A DNA stretch of 64,000 bases from Azolla caroliniana (lineage: Eukaryota > Plantae > Polypodiophyta). The stretch lies in NCBI GenBank assembly GCA_043228905.1, contig JBHGNT010000010.1:14384001-14448000 (forward strand), given 5' to 3'. How positions within the stretch are numbered: the first letter of the stretch is position 1; every line of letters starts with the position of its first letter. This document shows, piece after piece, positions 43,090 to 56,796 of this stretch. The notes beneath the pieces are model-generated. The model was not told the DNA's origin and searched no databases. It worked only from the letters and a program-made list of their open reading frames with translations. The translations under genes were made by a program, and so were the position numbers.

Positions 43090-44636
43090 TCACATGTTGG
43101 GTGCTTTTTATCGTAACGATCATTGATTCGTAATAAATAATATTTATATATTGCGCAAACAAGGATCCGAACCAGCTAGACTACAATGGAATTCATTTAG
43201 TAAATGATTTAGTTAATGTAATATTCCAGTGGTTCACTTCAAATATAGAAACATGGTGCAATGCTCATCGACAGTTGACCAATAGTCTGCGATCTATGCG
43301 TATTGCTTGAAATTGTATTGTGATATCCAAACTATAATTGTTGGTGTACTAATTTGTCGTACCAATGTTGACGACTAACCAAAACCAAATATACTGCTTC
43401 TTGTTGTCCCGAACAACATAATGTTGTCCCTAACCAACTAGATTACAATGGCTCCTATCTTGTGTATAGATATATTGCAATCATAGATTAGTAATAAATA
43501 ATATTTACATATTGCGCAAGCATCAACAAGAAACTGAGGATTACTCTCACACGCTCTCGTTTTTAACATTTAATCATTTCAAGGGGTTTTATCGATGCGA
43601 CATTACATAATGATCTATGATGTATCTAGTTTTCCCAATGCCTATTGTTGTACCCCGGAGTCTCGTGTAGAAAACAAGGATCCGAACCAACTAGACTACA
43701 ATAGAATTGATTTAGTGCATGAATTAGTTAATATAATATTCTAGTGCTTTGCTTCAAATAAAGAACTATGACGCAATGTTGATCGAGAGTTCACCATTAT
43801 TCTACAATCTATGCGTATTTCGGGAAACTCTATGAAGTTATCCAAACTATAATTGCCGGTGTACTAATTTGTCGTAACCATGTTGACAAATAACCACGAC
43901 TAAATATATTGTTTCTTCTTGTCCCGAACAACCTAATGTTTTGTCAAATTTCATTTGAAACCTCTCCTATTAATTGAATAATGGGATTAAGTTTGCAAGC
44001 ATCCACAAAAAAACTGAGGATTATTCTAACGCACTTTCATTTTTAACATTTAATAATGTCAAGGGCTTTTATCGATGCCACATTAACTCATGATATATGA
44101 TAGACCTGCTTGTACCCGGGCGTCTCAGGTAAAAAGCAAGGATCCGGGGCAACTTGATTACAATGGAATTCATTTAGTAAATGAAATAGTGGATGTACCA
44201 CTCTAGCCCTTTGTTACAAATAAAGAAACATGGTGCAATGCTCATCGTACCAATGTCCATTATTCTGCAATCTATGCGTATTTTTTGAAATTGTATCCAG
44301 TTATCCAAACTATAATTGTTGGTGTACCAATTTGTCGTACCAATGTTGACGAATAACCACAGCCAAAGATGCTGCTTCTTGTTGTCCCGAACGACATAAT
44401 GTTTTGTCCAATTTCATTTGAAACCTCTACCATGAATCGAATAATGGGATTAAGTTTAGAAATTGATGTTAGGAGAGAAAAATCAAACTAATGTTCGTCA
44501 TCAATCCTTCAAACATAATATTGATTATTTTGTTAATTGCACATTATCGTAACATCTACTTTAGGTCTTGAGTTTTTGAGTTGTCAAACAGTTAACACAT
44601 GATATGCGTCCGAAATTTAATATATGATATTGTCGT

Positions 44637-44709
44637 TTCCATTGCCGGGAGTTGAACCCGGGTCTCTCGGGTGAGAGCCGAGTATCCTAACCAACTAGAC
44701 TACAATGGA
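44637..44709 (-). tRNA. trnE-CUC: tRNA-Glu(CUC), copy 25
   Basis: Same sequence as copy 1. Confidence 0.95.
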
Positions 44710-46256
44710 TCACATGTTGGGTGCTTTTTATCGTAACGATCATTGATTCGTAATAAATAATATTTATATATTGCGCAAACAAGGATCCGAACCAGCTAGA
44801 CTACAATGGAATTCATTTAGTAAATGATTTAGTTAATGTAATATTCCAGTGGTTCACTTCAAATATAGAAACATGGTGCAATGCTCATCGACAGTTGACC
44901 AATAGTCTGCGATCTATGCGTATTGCTTGAAATTGTATTGTGATATCCAAACTATAATTGTTGGTGTACTAATTTGTCGTACCAATGTTGACGACTAACC
45001 AAAACCAAATATACTGCTTCTTGTTGTCCCGAACAACATAATGTTGTCCCTAACCAACTAGATTACAATGGCTCCTATCTTGTGTATAGATATATTGCAA
45101 TCATAGATTAGTAATAAATAATATTTACATATTGCGCAAGCATCAACAAGAAACTGAGGATTACTCTCACACGCTCTCGTTTTTAACATTTAATCATTTC
45201 AAGGGGTTTTATCGATGCGACATTACATAATGATCTATGATGTATCTAGTTTTCCCAATGCCTATTGTTGTACCCCGGAGTCTCGTGTAGAAAACAAGGA
45301 TCCGAACCAACTAGACTACAATAGAATTGATTTAGTGCATGAATTAGTTAATATAATATTCTAGTGCTTTGCTTCAAATAAAGAACTATGACGCAATGTT
45401 GATCGAGAGTTCACCATTATTCTACAATCTATGCGTATTTCGGGAAACTCTATGAAGTTATCCAAACTATAATTGCCGGTGTACTAATTTGTCGTAACCA
45501 TGTTGACAAATAACCACGACTAAATATATTGTTTCTTCTTGTCCCGAACAACCTAATGTTTTGTCAAATTTCATTTGAAACCTCTCCTATTAATTGAATA
45601 ATGGGATTAAGTTTGCAAGCATCCACAAAAAAACTGAGGATTATTCTAACGCACTTTCATTTTTAACATTTAATAATGTCAAGGGCTTTTATCGATGCCA
45701 CATTAACTCATGATATATGATAGACCTGCTTGTACCCGGGCGTCTCAGGTAAAAAGCAAGGATCCGGGGCAACTTGATTACAATGGAATTCATTTAGTAA
45801 ATGAAATAGTGGATGTACCACTCTAGCCCTTTGTTACAAATAAAGAAACATGGTGCAATGCTCATCGTACCAATGTCCATTATTCTGCAATCTATGCGTA
45901 TTTTTTGAAATTGTATCCAGTTATCCAAACTATAATTGTTGGTGTACCAATTTGTCGTACCAATGTTGACGAATAACCACAGCCAAAGATGCTGCTTCTT
46001 GTTGTCCCGAACGACATAATGTTTTGTCCAATTTCATTTGAAACCTCTACCATGAATCGAATAATGGGATTAAGTTTAGAAATTGATGTTAGGAGAGAAA
46101 AATCAAACTAATGTTCGTCATCAATCCTTCAAACATAATATTGATTATTTTGTTAATTGCACATTATCGTAACATCTACTTTAGGTCTTGAGTTTTTGAG
46201 TTGTCAAACAGTTAACACATGATATGCGTCCGAAATTTAATATATGATATTGTCGT

Positions 46257-46329
46257 TTCCATTGCCGGGAGTTGAACCCGGGTCTCTCGGGTGAGAGCCG
46301 AGTATCCTAACCAACTAGACTACAATGGA
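46257..46329 (-). tRNA. trnE-CUC: tRNA-Glu(CUC), copy 26
   Basis: Same sequence as copy 1. Confidence 0.95.
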
Positions 46330-47876
46330 TCACATGTTGGGTGCTTTTTATCGTAACGATCATTGATTCGTAATAAATAATATTTATATATTGCGCAAAC
46401 AAGGATCCGAACCAGCTAGACTACAATGGAATTCATTTAGTAAATGATTTAGTTAATGTAATATTCCAGTGGTTCACTTCAAATATAGAAACATGGTGCA
46501 ATGCTCATCGACAGTTGACCAATAGTCTGCGATCTATGCGTATTGCTTGAAATTGTATTGTGATATCCAAACTATAATTGTTGGTGTACTAATTTGTCGT
46601 ACCAATGTTGACGACTAACCAAAACCAAATATACTGCTTCTTGTTGTCCCGAACAACATAATGTTGTCCCTAACCAACTAGATTACAATGGCTCCTATCT
46701 TGTGTATAGATATATTGCAATCATAGATTAGTAATAAATAATATTTACATATTGCGCAAGCATCAACAAGAAACTGAGGATTACTCTCACACGCTCTCGT
46801 TTTTAACATTTAATCATTTCAAGGGGTTTTATCGATGCGACATTACATAATGATCTATGATGTATCTAGTTTTCCCAATGCCTATTGTTGTACCCCGGAG
46901 TCTCGTGTAGAAAACAAGGATCCGAACCAACTAGACTACAATAGAATTGATTTAGTGCATGAATTAGTTAATATAATATTCTAGTGCTTTGCTTCAAATA
47001 AAGAACTATGACGCAATGTTGATCGAGAGTTCACCATTATTCTACAATCTATGCGTATTTCGGGAAACTCTATGAAGTTATCCAAACTATAATTGCCGGT
47101 GTACTAATTTGTCGTAACCATGTTGACAAATAACCACGACTAAATATATTGTTTCTTCTTGTCCCGAACAACCTAATGTTTTGTCAAATTTCATTTGAAA
47201 CCTCTCCTATTAATTGAATAATGGGATTAAGTTTGCAAGCATCCACAAAAAAACTGAGGATTATTCTAACGCACTTTCATTTTTAACATTTAATAATGTC
47301 AAGGGCTTTTATCGATGCCACATTAACTCATGATATATGATAGACCTGCTTGTACCCGGGCGTCTCAGGTAAAAAGCAAGGATCCGGGGCAACTTGATTA
47401 CAATGGAATTCATTTAGTAAATGAAATAGTGGATGTACCACTCTAGCCCTTTGTTACAAATAAAGAAACATGGTGCAATGCTCATCGTACCAATGTCCAT
47501 TATTCTGCAATCTATGCGTATTTTTTGAAATTGTATCCAGTTATCCAAACTATAATTGTTGGTGTACCAATTTGTCGTACCAATGTTGACGAATAACCAC
47601 AGCCAAAGATGCTGCTTCTTGTTGTCCCGAACGACATAATGTTTTGTCCAATTTCATTTGAAACCTCTACCATGAATCGAATAATGGGATTAAGTTTAGA
47701 AATTGATGTTAGGAGAGAAAAATCAAACTAATGTTCGTCATCAATCCTTCAAACATAATATTGATTATTTTGTTAATTGCACATTATCGTAACATCTACT
47801 TTAGGTCTTGAGTTTTTGAGTTGTCAAACAGTTAACACATGATATGCGTCCGAAATTTAATATATGATATTGTCGT

Positions 47877-47949
47877 TTCCATTGCCGGGAGTTGAACCCG
47901 GGTCTCTCGGGTGAGAGCCGAGTATCCTAACCAACTAGACTACAATGGA
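47877..47949 (-). tRNA. trnE-CUC: tRNA-Glu(CUC), copy 27
   Basis: Same sequence as copy 1. Confidence 0.95.
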
Positions 47950-49496
47950 TCACATGTTGGGTGCTTTTTATCGTAACGATCATTGATTCGTAATAAATAA
48001 TATTTATATATTGCGCAAACAAGGATCCGAACCAGCTAGACTACAATGGAATTCATTTAGTAAATGATTTAGTTAATGTAATATTCCAGTGGTTCACTTC
48101 AAATATAGAAACATGGTGCAATGCTCATCGACAGTTGACCAATAGTCTGCGATCTATGCGTATTGCTTGAAATTGTATTGTGATATCCAAACTATAATTG
48201 TTGGTGTACTAATTTGTCGTACCAATGTTGACGACTAACCAAAACCAAATATACTGCTTCTTGTTGTCCCGAACAACATAATGTTGTCCCTAACCAACTA
48301 GATTACAATGGCTCCTATCTTGTGTATAGATATATTGCAATCATAGATTAGTAATAAATAATATTTACATATTGCGCAAGCATCAACAAGAAACTGAGGA
48401 TTACTCTCACACGCTCTCGTTTTTAACATTTAATCATTTCAAGGGGTTTTATCGATGCGACATTACATAATGATCTATGATGTATCTAGTTTTCCCAATG
48501 CCTATTGTTGTACCCCGGAGTCTCGTGTAGAAAACAAGGATCCGAACCAACTAGACTACAATAGAATTGATTTAGTGCATGAATTAGTTAATATAATATT
48601 CTAGTGCTTTGCTTCAAATAAAGAACTATGACGCAATGTTGATCGAGAGTTCACCATTATTCTACAATCTATGCGTATTTCGGGAAACTCTATGAAGTTA
48701 TCCAAACTATAATTGCCGGTGTACTAATTTGTCGTAACCATGTTGACAAATAACCACGACTAAATATATTGTTTCTTCTTGTCCCGAACAACCTAATGTT
48801 TTGTCAAATTTCATTTGAAACCTCTCCTATTAATTGAATAATGGGATTAAGTTTGCAAGCATCCACAAAAAAACTGAGGATTATTCTAACGCACTTTCAT
48901 TTTTAACATTTAATAATGTCAAGGGCTTTTATCGATGCCACATTAACTCATGATATATGATAGACCTGCTTGTACCCGGGCGTCTCAGGTAAAAAGCAAG
49001 GATCCGGGGCAACTTGATTACAATGGAATTCATTTAGTAAATGAAATAGTGGATGTACCACTCTAGCCCTTTGTTACAAATAAAGAAACATGGTGCAATG
49101 CTCATCGTACCAATGTCCATTATTCTGCAATCTATGCGTATTTTTTGAAATTGTATCCAGTTATCCAAACTATAATTGTTGGTGTACCAATTTGTCGTAC
49201 CAATGTTGACGAATAACCACAGCCAAAGATGCTGCTTCTTGTTGTCCCGAACGACATAATGTTTTGTCCAATTTCATTTGAAACCTCTACCATGAATCGA
49301 ATAATGGGATTAAGTTTAGAAATTGATGTTAGGAGAGAAAAATCAAACTAATGTTCGTCATCAATCCTTCAAACATAATATTGATTATTTTGTTAATTGC
49401 ACATTATCGTAACATCTACTTTAGGTCTTGAGTTTTTGAGTTGTCAAACAGTTAACACATGATATGCGTCCGAAATTTAATATATGATATTGTCGT

Positions 49497-49569
49497 TTCC
49501 ATTGCCGGGAGTTGAACCCGGGTCTCTCGGGTGAGAGCCGAGTATCCTAACCAACTAGACTACAATGGA
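49497..49569 (-). tRNA. trnE-CUC: tRNA-Glu(CUC), copy 28
   Basis: Same sequence as copy 1. Confidence 0.95.
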
Positions 49570-51116
49570 TCACATGTTGGGTGCTTTTTATCGTAACGAT
49601 CATTGATTCGTAATAAATAATATTTATATATTGCGCAAACAAGGATCCGAACCAGCTAGACTACAATGGAATTCATTTAGTAAATGATTTAGTTAATGTA
49701 ATATTCCAGTGGTTCACTTCAAATATAGAAACATGGTGCAATGCTCATCGACAGTTGACCAATAGTCTGCGATCTATGCGTATTGCTTGAAATTGTATTG
49801 TGATATCCAAACTATAATTGTTGGTGTACTAATTTGTCGTACCAATGTTGACGACTAACCAAAACCAAATATACTGCTTCTTGTTGTCCCGAACAACATA
49901 ATGTTGTCCCTAACCAACTAGATTACAATGGCTCCTATCTTGTGTATAGATATATTGCAATCATAGATTAGTAATAAATAATATTTACATATTGCGCAAG
50001 CATCAACAAGAAACTGAGGATTACTCTCACACGCTCTCGTTTTTAACATTTAATCATTTCAAGGGGTTTTATCGATGCGACATTACATAATGATCTATGA
50101 TGTATCTAGTTTTCCCAATGCCTATTGTTGTACCCCGGAGTCTCGTGTAGAAAACAAGGATCCGAACCAACTAGACTACAATAGAATTGATTTAGTGCAT
50201 GAATTAGTTAATATAATATTCTAGTGCTTTGCTTCAAATAAAGAACTATGACGCAATGTTGATCGAGAGTTCACCATTATTCTACAATCTATGCGTATTT
50301 CGGGAAACTCTATGAAGTTATCCAAACTATAATTGCCGGTGTACTAATTTGTCGTAACCATGTTGACAAATAACCACGACTAAATATATTGTTTCTTCTT
50401 GTCCCGAACAACCTAATGTTTTGTCAAATTTCATTTGAAACCTCTCCTATTAATTGAATAATGGGATTAAGTTTGCAAGCATCCACAAAAAAACTGAGGA
50501 TTATTCTAACGCACTTTCATTTTTAACATTTAATAATGTCAAGGGCTTTTATCGATGCCACATTAACTCATGATATATGATAGACCTGCTTGTACCCGGG
50601 CGTCTCAGGTAAAAAGCAAGGATCCGGGGCAACTTGATTACAATGGAATTCATTTAGTAAATGAAATAGTGGATGTACCACTCTAGCCCTTTGTTACAAA
50701 TAAAGAAACATGGTGCAATGCTCATCGTACCAATGTCCATTATTCTGCAATCTATGCGTATTTTTTGAAATTGTATCCAGTTATCCAAACTATAATTGTT
50801 GGTGTACCAATTTGTCGTACCAATGTTGACGAATAACCACAGCCAAAGATGCTGCTTCTTGTTGTCCCGAACGACATAATGTTTTGTCCAATTTCATTTG
50901 AAACCTCTACCATGAATCGAATAATGGGATTAAGTTTAGAAATTGATGTTAGGAGAGAAAAATCAAACTAATGTTCGTCATCAATCCTTCAAACATAATA
51001 TTGATTATTTTGTTAATTGCACATTATCGTAACATCTACTTTAGGTCTTGAGTTTTTGAGTTGTCAAACAGTTAACACATGATATGCGTCCGAAATTTAA
51101 TATATGATATTGTCGT

Positions 51117-51189
51117 TTCCATTGCCGGGAGTTGAACCCGGGTCTCTCGGGTGAGAGCCGAGTATCCTAACCAACTAGACTACAATGGA
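51117..51189 (-). tRNA. trnE-CUC: tRNA-Glu(CUC), copy 29
   Basis: Same sequence as copy 1. Confidence 0.95.
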
Positions 51190-52116
51190 TCACATGTTGG
51201 GTGCTTTTTATCGTAACGATCATTGATTCGTAATAAATAATATTTATATATTGCGCAAACAAGGATCCGAACCAGCTAGACTACAATGGAATTCATTTAG
51301 TAAATGATTTAGTTAATGTAATATTCCAGTGGTTCACTTCAAATATAGAAACATGGTGCAATGCTCATCGACAGTTGACCAATAGTCTGCGATCTATGCG
51401 TATTGCTTGAAATTGTATTGTGATATCCAAACTATAATTGTTGGTGTACTAATTTGTCGTACCAATGTTGACGACTAACCAAAACCAAATATACTGCTTC
51501 TTGTTGTCCCGAACAACATAATGTTGTCCCTAACCAACTAGATTACAATGGCTCCTATCTTGTGTATAGATATATTGCAATCATAGATTAGTAATAAATA
51601 ATATTTACATATTGCGCAAGCATCAACAAGAAACTGAGGATTACTCTCACACGCTCTCGTTTTTAACATTTAATCATTTCAAGGGGTTTTATCGATGCGA
51701 CATTACATAATGATCTATGATGTATCTAGTTTTCCCAATGCCTATTGTTGTACCCCGGAGTCTCGTGTAAAAAACAAGGATCCGAACCAACTAGACTACA
51801 ATAGAATTGATTTAGTGCATGAATTAGTTAATATAATATTCTAGTGCTTTGCTTCAAATAAAGAACTATGACGCAATGTTGATCGAGAGTTCACCATTAT
51901 TCTACAATCTATGCGTATTTCGGGAAACTCTATGAAGAAAAATTGATGTTAGGAGAGAAAAATCAAACTAATGTTCGTCATTAATCCTTCAAACATAATA
52001 TTGATTATTTTGTTAATTGCACATTATCGTAACATCTACTTTAGGTCTTGAGTTTTTGAGTTGTCAAACAGTTAACACATGATATGCGTCCGAAATTTAA
52101 TATATGATATTGTCGT

Positions 52117-52176
52117 TTCCATTGCCGGGTCTCTCAGGTGAGAGCCGAGTATCCTAACCAACTAGACTACAATGGA
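52117..52176 (-). pseudogene. tRNA-Glu(CUC) pseudogene lacking the T loop / B box (13-bp deletion)
   Basis: attgccggg[agttgaacccggg]tctctcagg: deletion between two ccggg direct repeats. Confidence 0.9.
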
Positions 52177-52472
52177 TCACATGTTGTGTGCTTTTTATCG
52201 TAACAATCATTGATTCGTAATAAATAATATTTATATATTGCGCAAGCATTAACGAAAAACTGAGGATTATTGTAACACATTCTCATTTTTAAGATTTAAT
52301 AATTTCAAGGGTTTTTATCGGACCCACATGAACTTATGATCTATGATGTATCTAGTGTTGTCATTGCCTATAGTTGTACCCGGGCGTCTCAGGTAAAAAA
52401 GCAATGATCCGAACCAACTAGACTACAATGGAATTCATTTAGTAAATAAATTAGTTAATGTAATATTCTAGT

Positions 52473-53766
52473 TGTCTCCTTAGGACACACCAACTGTGAG
52501 GAAAGAATTTTATAGCAATTCAACCAGTCCTTTCGATATGTGAGGTGATGTGTAGCACTAGTGTCTAGGTACCATTTATCATGTTCGGTTTTTGTCTCTT
52601 CTGTAGTGACATGGTATGCTTGCAAAATATTGTCATCTTCTGGTATTTCATCCAAATTCTATATATTCTTTTGACTTCAAGTTTGATTTGTCTTCTAATG
52701 TTGCATTATTTTCTTGTGATCATCTTTTGTTCTCTGCAACTTGCTTCAATCGACATGCCCTTTCTGTATGCCCTTTTTTCTTACAATATCTGCAAATCAG
52801 TTTGAAACCACCATTGGATTGTCTTGTTGAAGCTTTCCAAGCATCATTTACCTTGTTGGTACTTGATATTTCTGCATTTCTGTAAGCATCCAATTTAGCT
52901 CTATATCTATTATTATAAGATGATTTTTGTGTTTTGCTAAATGTTACAGTCATTGCCAAAGATGGAGTGGATTCTTTTAATTTCCGCCGAAGTTTTTCAT
53001 GGCGGATCTTGGTAATCAAATCAGACAAAGAATTACCTTGGCTATTCATGGTGACAAACGTGCTCCAGGATTCTAGAAGTTTACTCAATAGGAGCTCAAT
53101 CTTCATTTCTTTTGAGATTTCATTTCCCGCAATGATAGCTTCTTCGAGATATATCTCCCAGGTATCAAAGAAGGTAAGAACATTTTCTTCTTCCTGCAAA
53201 ACCCACATGTGAAACAAGGTAGGAAGAGTATGGATTCTAGTAGTACCATCTTGTGGTTCAAACATCTATTTTACTTTGGACCACATTTCTGTTGTAGTTG
53301 TGAGTTTTCGAATGCCATCAGCTTGCTTGTCTTCTACATGTAGCAGTGTTTCAAGCTTTGCCCTTTTGTCTTTGTTTTTCCAATCTTTCCATGCTTTTGA
53401 TTGTGTATTTTTTTGTGCTTGACAGGTTTCGGTGATGACTTCAAGTAGCTCCTCCAAATCAAGTAGTAGCTCCATCCTTGGTTTCCAAATTCTGTAGTTT
53501 TTTGCGGTAAGTCTATCTACCGAGTATTTTCTTGTTTAAGTGGAGCTTGCCATAATGTTGAGGCTATTATCTTTTTTTTATTATTATATATATATTGATC
53601 AACAAAAGTAGAGTATGGTGCGGGTAATATATTTTCAGGCTTCATACTATTGATTCTCTGATACCATGTTTTTTTACTATTAATAACTTGTGGTGTGGGG
53701 TTATATTTAGTAATTAACGAAGTAGTTGCTCACTGTCAGCTAATTAGTTATTTATAACTTCTAACA
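52473..53766 (-). mobile_element. 3'-truncated, decayed Ty1/Copia element B (putative short 5' LTR, PBS, gag, protease)
   Basis: PBS TGGTATCAGAG at 53656-53666, gag ORF pieces 53266-53475 and 52720-53265 with CCHC knuckle CRYCKKKGHTERAC, protease WYLDTSATHH in 52455-52655, in-frame stops. AT-rich and not alignable by eye with element A. LTR limits 53667-53766 (TGTT...AACA) are tentative. Confidence 0.85.
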
Positions 53767-53910
53767 ATTGTGACCAAACAAGTAACTTATAATTACAATG
53801 CTCAATTATATATGTGTTTATAAGAATGGGACAAGTGCACTCACTCACTCACTAAATGCGTAGCGTTTCAAGCTAATGTTAAGGCATATTGTGCATGGGA
53901 TAGCTTGACG

Positions 53911-53943
53911 AAAGCCAAAGCCAAAGCCAAAGCCAAAGCCAAA
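53911..53943. repeat. (AAAGCC)5 microsatellite; (ATGC)n/(TATG)n near 54010-54047 and (GATA)n near 54283-54306
   Basis: Seen directly. Confidence 0.85.
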
Positions 53944-55663
53944 ACGCGAAGGATCCTCATCTCATCTACGTCATCCATCAACTGGAGAGATAACTCCACA
54001 TAACACACTATGCATGCATGCATGCATGTACGTATGTATGTATGTATACCAAGATAGAGGGTTTGGAGGTCGGTAGGTACCTGCCTAGAAGAGTGAGCGA
54101 TATAATTTAATTAATTAGGAGAAAGCAACAAGGAGAGAAGCCAAGAGAATCCGGAGTGAAAATATCCGAAGATGAAGCAAATCACCAAATGCCCGTGACA
54201 TTGTGGAGGAAGAAAACAATTACACAACCAACAAGTGATGATGAACCAAGAAAGTCGGAAAAGATCTAGAGCTAACTAACCAGATAGATAGGTAGATAGA
54301 TAGATACAAAGCAAAAGGCCCAGATCGATCGATCTCACCAAATGCCCCCCCACTAGAGATTATACATCTATTTACCATCCATGCATATACGTGAATACTG
54401 GGTTAAACATTTCTATATATATAATATCCATGCTTTTAGGAGGGCCATACTTTTAAATGGCACAATTGAAATGTAGTTGGTAGTGGAATGTAATTAAATT
54501 GCATAGAGATTGAATATAAAGGAAATGGAGCCAACAATTTGGAACATGTAATATTATTATGCTTCATGGTTTTGAGGATGACAAGGGGGATGAATAACGT
54601 CATAACCATTTGATGCCACTATTTGATGCATATTTAAGCCTGTGGACGAAATGAAAAATATCTCAAGAATAGGCATAATGGTTACAACACCCATTTCTTT
54701 CTAATTTGGCTTTCATTCATGTTCTTATTTAGTTATGGGTTTTGAAAACTACACAGCATTAAGATTCAAACTACTATGCCGTTCCACACCTTCCATTAAG
54801 TGTCCAATGCTTTCACGACTACTAGCATTCATACATATACAAGAAGCTTATACAGCAGCTACAAACTAAGCTATCACATGCCTGAACTGAGACAAAAGAA
54901 TCCTAACATAGCAATAAGAGTTGTGCAAGTCCACTAAATAGTGAAAAGATAAAGAGTGGCAAGGATAATAAAACATACCGAATTCCTCTATGAGTGTCTC
55001 CACAGCTTGGCTTCTACAAGCAGCAGCTTTTTCACAGTTCAAACTAGGCAACAGAAATTGTGATATTCACCCTTGAAAAAGTCCTGAATTTTCAACACAA
55101 TTCATAACTTGCTACGCAAATGCTCACACAGAATATAATGGCTGAACATATAGGTATTAATCTTCTAAGCACAGGGAAGTCACACAAACCAGGAGCACAC
55201 AAATTTATACTGAGTGACACTTAATCTATATATTTTTTTGGCGTATGAACTTAGTCACAAAAGTCCAACAAAACCCAGTCAGTCGATGTATACTTTGCAG
55301 GTGGATAATGAATAATAAATAAAGGTGAAATGCAAGAGTATTACAAAAAGAAATTTCAGACTTCGAAATACTACAAAACTTGGCAATTGTTACTCATGTG
55401 CGAGCTTCACCACTACCAAATGTTATGGTTAATATCTCCCAATGAAAATTGCTCAGCTTTCTGTCACCAGCAAAATTGTTAACTTACACAAATTTGTATT
55501 ACTTGCTATGAAAATTCAATACTCAGAATACAAGTGACCCCTTAGAATTTTGGTGAAAACTAATTTGGAAAATGTTTTTTTTCTAATTAGAACGAAACTG
55601 CTGAGGACGTATATCTCGACTCAGATGTCATGTTCAAAAAAGAACAAGAAACACTTTTCCAGC

Positions 55664-56164
<501 letters not shown>

Positions 56165-56482
56165 CTACATCCAATGCATAAAACATGGTTATAATATGGA
56201 ATTACCTTCTAATCCATTACTGCAAACTTACAGTTCCTTAAGGTCACAATTAAAATTTGTACAGATCCTACATCTTCATTTATGGATGCCATGTCTCTGC
56301 AAACCAATTATTGACTGTAGGACCAAAAAATGTGTGCAAGATTCCTCAACAACCTTTAGCAAATGTGAACATTAAAAGAGAGCATATATCCAATGCCTGA
56401 TTCAAAAACATATTATGAAAGTGTAGATAATTACTATCTTCTACTCAAGGCTTTACCACAATATAGATAACTATTATTTTCA

Positions 56483-56707
<225 letters not shown>

Positions 56708-56796
56708 CTAGTATAAGAGAAAGAGAGAATATCAAAATGTTCAGACTACAAATATTTATGTATCAGCAATCCATAACTCAAATTCACGCATGTTAC

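Larger units (their letters stand above)
4720..52472. repeat. Tandem array (macrosatellite) of 1620-bp units, ~29 copies plus a degenerate terminal unit, each with a tRNA-Glu(CUC) gene
   Basis: Sequence recurs exactly every 1620 bp (tRNA line at 5761, 7381 ... 51121). Units differ by only a few SNPs. The ORF track lists no ORF within the array proper. Confidence 0.97.

Noticed and set aside
4720-52472. CRISPR-like array (short repeated ccaactagactacaatgg motif, with one unique 'spacer' at 36865)
   Set aside because: The motif is the tRNA-Glu 5' end, the intervening sequences are long and mutually homologous, the context is eukaryotic with no cas genes, and the unique segment is a library adapter.
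53860-53915. miRNA hairpin (tcaagcta...tagcttga inverted repeat)
   Set aside because: The perfect stem is only about 8 bp and there is no match to a conserved miRNA that I recognise.
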